A stretch of DNA of 32,000 nucleotides from Trichodesmium erythraeum IMS101. GTDB lineage: Bacteria; Cyanobacteriota; Cyanobacteriia; Cyanobacteriales; Microcoleaceae. The notes beneath the pieces were generated by a model that did not search any database, was not told the DNA's origin, and was given only the letters and a program-made list of their open reading frames with translations. The stretch spans positions 240,001-272,000 of the forward strand of contig NC_008312.1 in NCBI RefSeq assembly GCF_000014265.1. Direction: 5' to 3'. Position 1 is the first letter of the stretch. Each line of letters opens with the position of its first letter. Below, piece by piece: positions 27,551-32,000 of the stretch. Made by a program: the position numbers and the translations under genes.

Positions 27551-28160
27551 TTCCATTCAGTTATTAGTTATGAGTACGATAAACCTAGATAAACTCAGAT
27601 AAAGAAACCTAAAACTATAAGGCAAAGTAGTAGCTTTCTGGCTATTCCCCTTTGTTAGGTTTTACTGATAACGATGTGGTTACTCCTCCATGAAAAGCCC
27701 TATGTGAAAATATTTTTTATGTGAGAATATTTTTGTAGCCTAAAATTACTAGGGCTGCATAAGCTTCCGCTTGACTGGCAAAACCACCAGGGTATCCTAA
27801 TGCTTTGCCGCCTGTTACTTGTAGCCTTAAGTAAATGTCAGGTTAAAAGAGACTTTGATATACGCCAGTAAAGTTACTTGGTGAAGCGATCGCTTCCTTG
27901 ATCTGATATTTGCTAGTGTCTGACCGTAGACTTCAAAATGAGGTCAAACTTCTCCAAAATGTGGGAAAAAAATCACAAAAATATTTAACTGTTGTTGGTT
28001 TTGGGGCTGTTGCAGTCGTAGCAATTTTCTTGTATAATATTATTTATACCTCAAATTAACATTGATAACCCATGGATGCCATTATTTCCTTGTACTTGAG
28101 GTAGTAATAAGTCTGGGTTAATTAGAATATCTAAAAGATAGCTAAGTTAAGAACATAATA

Positions 28161-29534
28161 ATGATAAAATTACCAGGTCCAAAATCTCCGGCTTTAACTC
28201 AAATTCTACAGTGGACAGCTAAACCCATAAAATTTATGGAAAAATGTGCGAGGGAATATGGCGACACATTTGAAGTAAAATTGAACTATCCAATTGTATT
28301 TATCAGCCATCCAAAGGCTATTGAGGAAATTTTCAAGGCTAACCCCAAAAAATTTGATTGTGGCTCGAGTAATAAATTAGCGCAGCCATTATTGGGAGAT
28401 TATTCATTACTGTTATTAGATGATATTCCTCACCAACGTCAACGCAAACTGTTGATGCCTCCCTTTCATGGGAAACGAATGCAAGCTTATGGAGAATTAA
28501 TTTGTAATGTTGCTCAAGAAGTAGCTAGCAAGTGGGAGATAGGGCAGGTATTTTCTATGAGAGAATTTACTGCAGAGATATCTTTAAAAGTAATATTACA
28601 AGCTGTTTTTGGTTTATATGAAGGAGAAAGGTACTCTAAATTAGAGAAACTTTTGGGGTCACTTCTCGAGTCATTAAGTTCTCCCTTGAAAACAAGTATG
28701 TTATTTTTCCAGTTTCTACAAATAGACTTGGGTCCCTGGAGTCCGTGGGGAAATTTTATTAAGAACAGGGAAGAAATTTACGAGTTACTATGTGCAGAAA
28801 TTTCTGAACGTCGTCAAAAACTAGACCCGGAACGCTCTGACATTTTGACAATGCTTTTATTGGCAAGGGATGAAGAAGGGGAAGGTATGAGTGATATAGA
28901 ATTGCGAGATGAGTTGATGACCTTACTCATAGCGGGACATGAAACCACAGCAACGTCATTATCTTGGGCTTTTTACTGGATTCACCATCAACCAGAAATT
29001 TATCAGAAGCTATCACGAGAATTAGAAACTTTTGGGGATGATCTAAACCCAATGACAGTTATTAACTTACCCTATATGAATGCTGTTTGTAGTGAAACCC
29101 TGCGTATTTATCCAGTGGTAATAATAGTTTCTCCACGAAAAACAAAATTACCAATAACAATAATGGGTCAAACATATCCAGCAGGAACAGCTTTAACTCC
29201 CTGTATTTATTTAACTCATCACCGAGAAGATCTGTATCCTGAACCAAAGAAGTTTAAACCAGAAAGATTTTTAGAACGTCAATACTCCTCTTACGAATTT
29301 TTACCTTTTGGTGGTGGTAACCGACGTTGTATTGGAGCAGCATTTGCTATGTTTGAAATGAAAATTGTGTTGGCAACTATTCTAAGACGTTACAGTTTAG
29401 CATTGGCAGAGAAGCAAGAAGTAAAACCATTACGTCGCGGTTTAACTTTAGCTCCAGCGGGTGGAGTGAAAATGGTTATGACTGGAAAACTTATGCAGAC
29501 AGAAAAAAAGTTCCCTTCCGTAGCAACTGTATAA
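28161..29534 (+). CDS. Cytochrome P450 monooxygenase
   Basis: 457 aa with the I-helix LIAGHETTA, the ExxR motif (SETLRIYP) and the heme-binding loop FLPFGGGNRRCIGAAFA. The subfamily cannot be assigned without a search. Confidence 0.9.
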   Translation: MIKLPGPKSPALTQILQWTAKPIKFMEKCAREYGDTFEVKLNYPIVFISHPKAIEEIFKANPKKFDCGSSNKLAQPLLGDYSLLLLDDIPHQRQRKLLMPPFHGKRMQAYGELICNVAQEVASKWEIGQVFSMREFTAEISLKVILQAVFGLYEGERYSKLEKLLGSLLESLSSPLKTSMLFFQFLQIDLGPWSPWGNFIKNREEIYELLCAEISERRQKLDPERSDILTMLLLARDEEGEGMSDIELRDELMTLLIAGHETTATSLSWAFYWIHHQPEIYQKLSRELETFGDDLNPMTVINLPYMNAVCSETLRIYPVVIIVSPRKTKLPITIMGQTYPAGTALTPCIYLTHHREDLYPEPKKFKPERFLERQYSSYEFLPFGGGNRRCIGAAFAMFEMKIVLATILRRYSLALAEKQEVKPLRRGLTLAPAGGVKMVMTGKLMQTEKKFPSVATV

Positions 29535-29695
29535 AATCAGGACTTTAAGTAAAATATAAAAAAATCGGCCATCTGTAGATCCCTATGTAGATCCCTAACA
29601 AAAATTATCCCTACTTGTTGAGCGATCGCTTTTGGTCCATATTTATTCATAAGTAATAATTATAATTCAAGTCAGGAAGACTATCTTCAAACCCC

Positions 29696-29724
29696 TTTAC
29701 AAACCAAAATAAAGTAGTTAAAGT
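29696..29724 (+). promoter_or_regulatory. Putative psbA promoter, copy 1 (-35 TTTACA, 17-nt spacer, -10 TAAAGT)
   Basis: Hexamers at 29696-29701 and 29719-29724 lie about 90 nt upstream of the ATG. The same architecture is conserved in copy 2. Confidence 0.4.
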
Positions 29725-29810
29725 ATCTATAACGGTCAAGGAAAACAAATCCAAAAGACCGGTGCATCTTGAAAACTTCATATACAAAGCACAGCAATCA
29801 TAAATTAATT

Positions 29811-30872
29811 ATGACTACAACATTACAACAGCGTGAAAGCGCTAACGTATGGGAAAAGTTTTGTAGTTGGGTAACAAGCACAGACAACCGCATATATGTA
29901 GGTTGGTTCGGTGTATTAATGATCCCTACTCTCTTAACTGCAACCATCTGTTACATCATCGCATTTGTAGCAGCACCTCCAGTAGATATTGATGGTATCC
30001 GTGAGCCCGTCGCTGGCTCTCTAATGTTCGGAAACAACATAATTTCCGGAGCAGTAGTACCTTCCTCAAACGCTATCGGTCTACACTTCTATCCCATCTG
30101 GGAAGCAGCTAGCTTAGATGAGTGGCTATACAACGGTGGCCCATACCAGCTAGTAATTTTCCACTTCCTCATCGGAATCTTTACTTACATGGGTCGTGAG
30201 TGGGAATTATCTTACCGCTTAGGTATGCGTCCTTGGATCTGTGTAGCTTACTCTGCACCAGTAGCAGCAGCAACAGCAGTATTCTTAATCTATCCTATCG
30301 GTCAAGGAAGCTTCTCTGATGGAATGCCTTTAGGAATTTCTGGTACTTTCAACTTCATGATCGTATTCCAAGCAGAGCACAACATCTTAATGCACCCATT
30401 CCACATGCTAGGAGTAGCTGGTGTATTCGGTGGTTCTTTATTCAGTGCAATGCACGGAAGCTTGGTAACATCTTCCTTAGTACGTGAGACAACTGAAACT
30501 GAGTCTCAGAACTATGGTTACAAGTTCGGTCAAGAGGAAGAAACTTATAACATCGTAGCAGCTCATGGCTACTTCGGTCGTTTAATCTTCCAATATGCTT
30601 CATTCAACAACAGCCGTTCTCTACACTTCTTCTTAGGAGCATGGCCAGTAGTAGGAATATGGTTCACAGCATTAGGTGTGAGCACAATGGCCTTCAACTT
30701 AAACGGTTTCAACTTCAACCAGTCCATCATTGACTCCAGCGGTCGCGTAATCAATACTTGGGCAGATATCATTAACCGCGCTAACTTAGGAATGGAAGTA
30801 ATGCACGAGCGTAACGCTCACAACTTCCCTCTAGATCTAGCAGCAGTAGAAGCACCTTCTATCAAAGGTTAA
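29811..30872 (+). CDS. psbA: Photosystem II D1 protein (Glu-130 form)
   Basis: [39 protein letters not shown]... is full-length D1 of 353 aa, including the C-terminal extension after ...LDLAA. The track ORF starts at 29769, but the canonical MTTTLQQ start is at 29811. GREWELS gives Glu at position 130. Confidence 0.97.
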
Positions 30873-30902
30873 TCTCTAACTAGACTTAAATAGTTAAAAA
30901 AA

Positions 30903-30929
30903 AGCTCTCCAGATGGAGGGCTTTTTTTA
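30903..30929 (+). terminator. Rho-independent terminator after psbA copy 1
   Basis: AGCTCTCC-AGAT-GGAGGGCT forms an 8-bp stem with one G-U pair. A T7 run follows and an A-run precedes it, so it could work bidirectionally. Confidence 0.7.
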
Positions 30930-31212
30930 TTTGTTTAATACCCAAAAAATTAGCTCAAGGGTAAAAAAAAGAAAGCCCTTGGTAAATTAAACATACTTTA
31001 AGAACAAATATGGGAAAAGTGATGGAAGTAGGGGTATGTGTTTCAATATTTGGTATAAAAGCTGATTTAATATTTCCTGTAGCCAAAAAACTGAATAGAT
31101 ATAACTGACTGAAGTGAAAGGTTAATTCAAGGTATTTGTATATTTGAGCCTAGGGAGATTAATTCATAAGTAATAATTATAATTCAAGTCAGGAAGACTA
31201 TCTTCAAACCCC

Positions 31213-31241
31213 TTTACAAACCAAAATAAAGTAGCTATAGT
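31213..31241 (+). promoter_or_regulatory. Putative psbA promoter, copy 2 (-35 TTTACA, 17-nt spacer, -10 TATAGT)
   Basis: It has the same position and spacing as copy 1. Its -10 hexamer is closer to the TATAAT consensus. Confidence 0.4.
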
Positions 31242-31327
31242 ATTTATAACGGTCAAGGAAAACAAATCCGAAAGACCGATGTATCTTGAAAAATTCATAC
31301 ATATTAAACAGCAATCATAACTTAATT

Positions 31328-32000
31328 ATGACTACAACATTACAACAGCGTGAAAGCGCTAACGTATGGGAAAAGTTTTGTAGTTGGGTAACAAGCACAG
31401 ACAACCGCATATATGTAGGTTGGTTCGGTGTATTAATGATCCCTACTCTCTTAACTGCAACTATCTGTTACATCATCGCATTTGTAGCAGCACCTCCAGT
31501 AGATATTGATGGTATCCGTGAGCCCGTCGCTGGCTCTCTAATGTTCGGAAACAACATAATTTCCGGAGCAGTAGTACCTTCCTCAAACGCTATCGGTCTA
31601 CACTTCTATCCCATCTGGGAAGCAGCTAGCTTAGATGAGTGGCTATACAACGGTGGCCCATACCAGCTAGTAATTTTCCACTTCCTCATCGGAATCTTTA
31701 CTTACATGGGTCGTGAGTGGGAATTATCTTACCGCTTAGGTATGCGTCCTTGGATCTGTGTAGCTTACTCTGCACCAGTAGCAGCAGCAACAGCAGTATT
31801 CTTAATCTATCCTATCGGTCAAGGAAGCTTCTCTGATGGAATGCCTTTAGGAATTTCTGGTACTTTCAACTTCATGATCGTATTCCAAGCAGAGCACAAC
31901 ATCTTAATGCACCCATTCCACATGCTAGGAGTAGCTGGTGTATTCGGTGGTTCTTTATTCAGTGCAATGCACGGAAGCTTGGTAACATCTTCCTTAGTAC
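31328..32000 (+). CDS. psbA: Photosystem II D1 protein, second tandem copy (3' end beyond the window)
   Basis: It is identical to copy 1 over the visible 673 nt except for one synonymous change (ACC at 29944-29946 versus ACT in copy 2). Confidence 0.95.

Larger units (their letters stand above)
29645..32000 (+). repeat. Tandem segmental duplication of the psbA unit (period 1517 nt)
   Basis: Homology starts at ATTCATAAGTAATAATTATAATTC (29645 and 31162). It covers the promoter, 5' UTR and CDS. Confidence 0.95.

Overview
The window is an AT-rich cyanobacterial chromosome segment. Supporting signals are 13 copies of the HIP1 octamer GCGATCGC, tandem psbA genes, CyanoP, a PAM68-like gene, cofG and two HetZ-family genes. 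Long ORF-free gaps and a group II intron inside a housekeeping gene suggest a filamentous marine cyanobacterium of the Trichodesmium type, but that is inference only. All protein family calls come from reading the translations and recognising motifs; no database search was possible.

Layout:
- 62-2240: a HetZ-family gene overlapping a downstream partner gene by 8 nt.
- 2603-8388: murI, a type II peroxiredoxin, maf and psbP-like (CyanoP), separated by large non-coding gaps.
- 8855-11584: ruvA split by a roughly 2.08 kb group II intron whose reverse transcriptase/maturase ORF is decayed.
- 11672-12425: rpsO and a PAM68-like gene.
- about 12640-13960: a decayed TnpB (IS605 OrfB-type) pseudogene.
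- 14069-19317: DAHP synthase, a second HetZ-family paralogue on the minus strand, and cofG.
- 19400-27550: a repeat-rich accessory-like block. It holds two paralogous lipoprotein-type trypsin-like protease / coiled-coil / GUN4-domain genes, a truncated third copy, a COP23-like gene, a small secreted protein, a solitary RAYT-like Y1 (HUH) transposase and several distinct tandem repeat arrays.
- 28161-32000: a cytochrome P450 and a tandem psbA duplication, with the second copy cut by the window edge.

No CRISPR array, tRNA, rRNA or recognisable defence operon was seen. The best candidates for undescribed biology are:
- the protease-GUN4 / COP23 / small secreted protein cluster with its ordered repeat arrays;
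- the maturase-less intron in ruvA;
- the HetZ paralogue pair.
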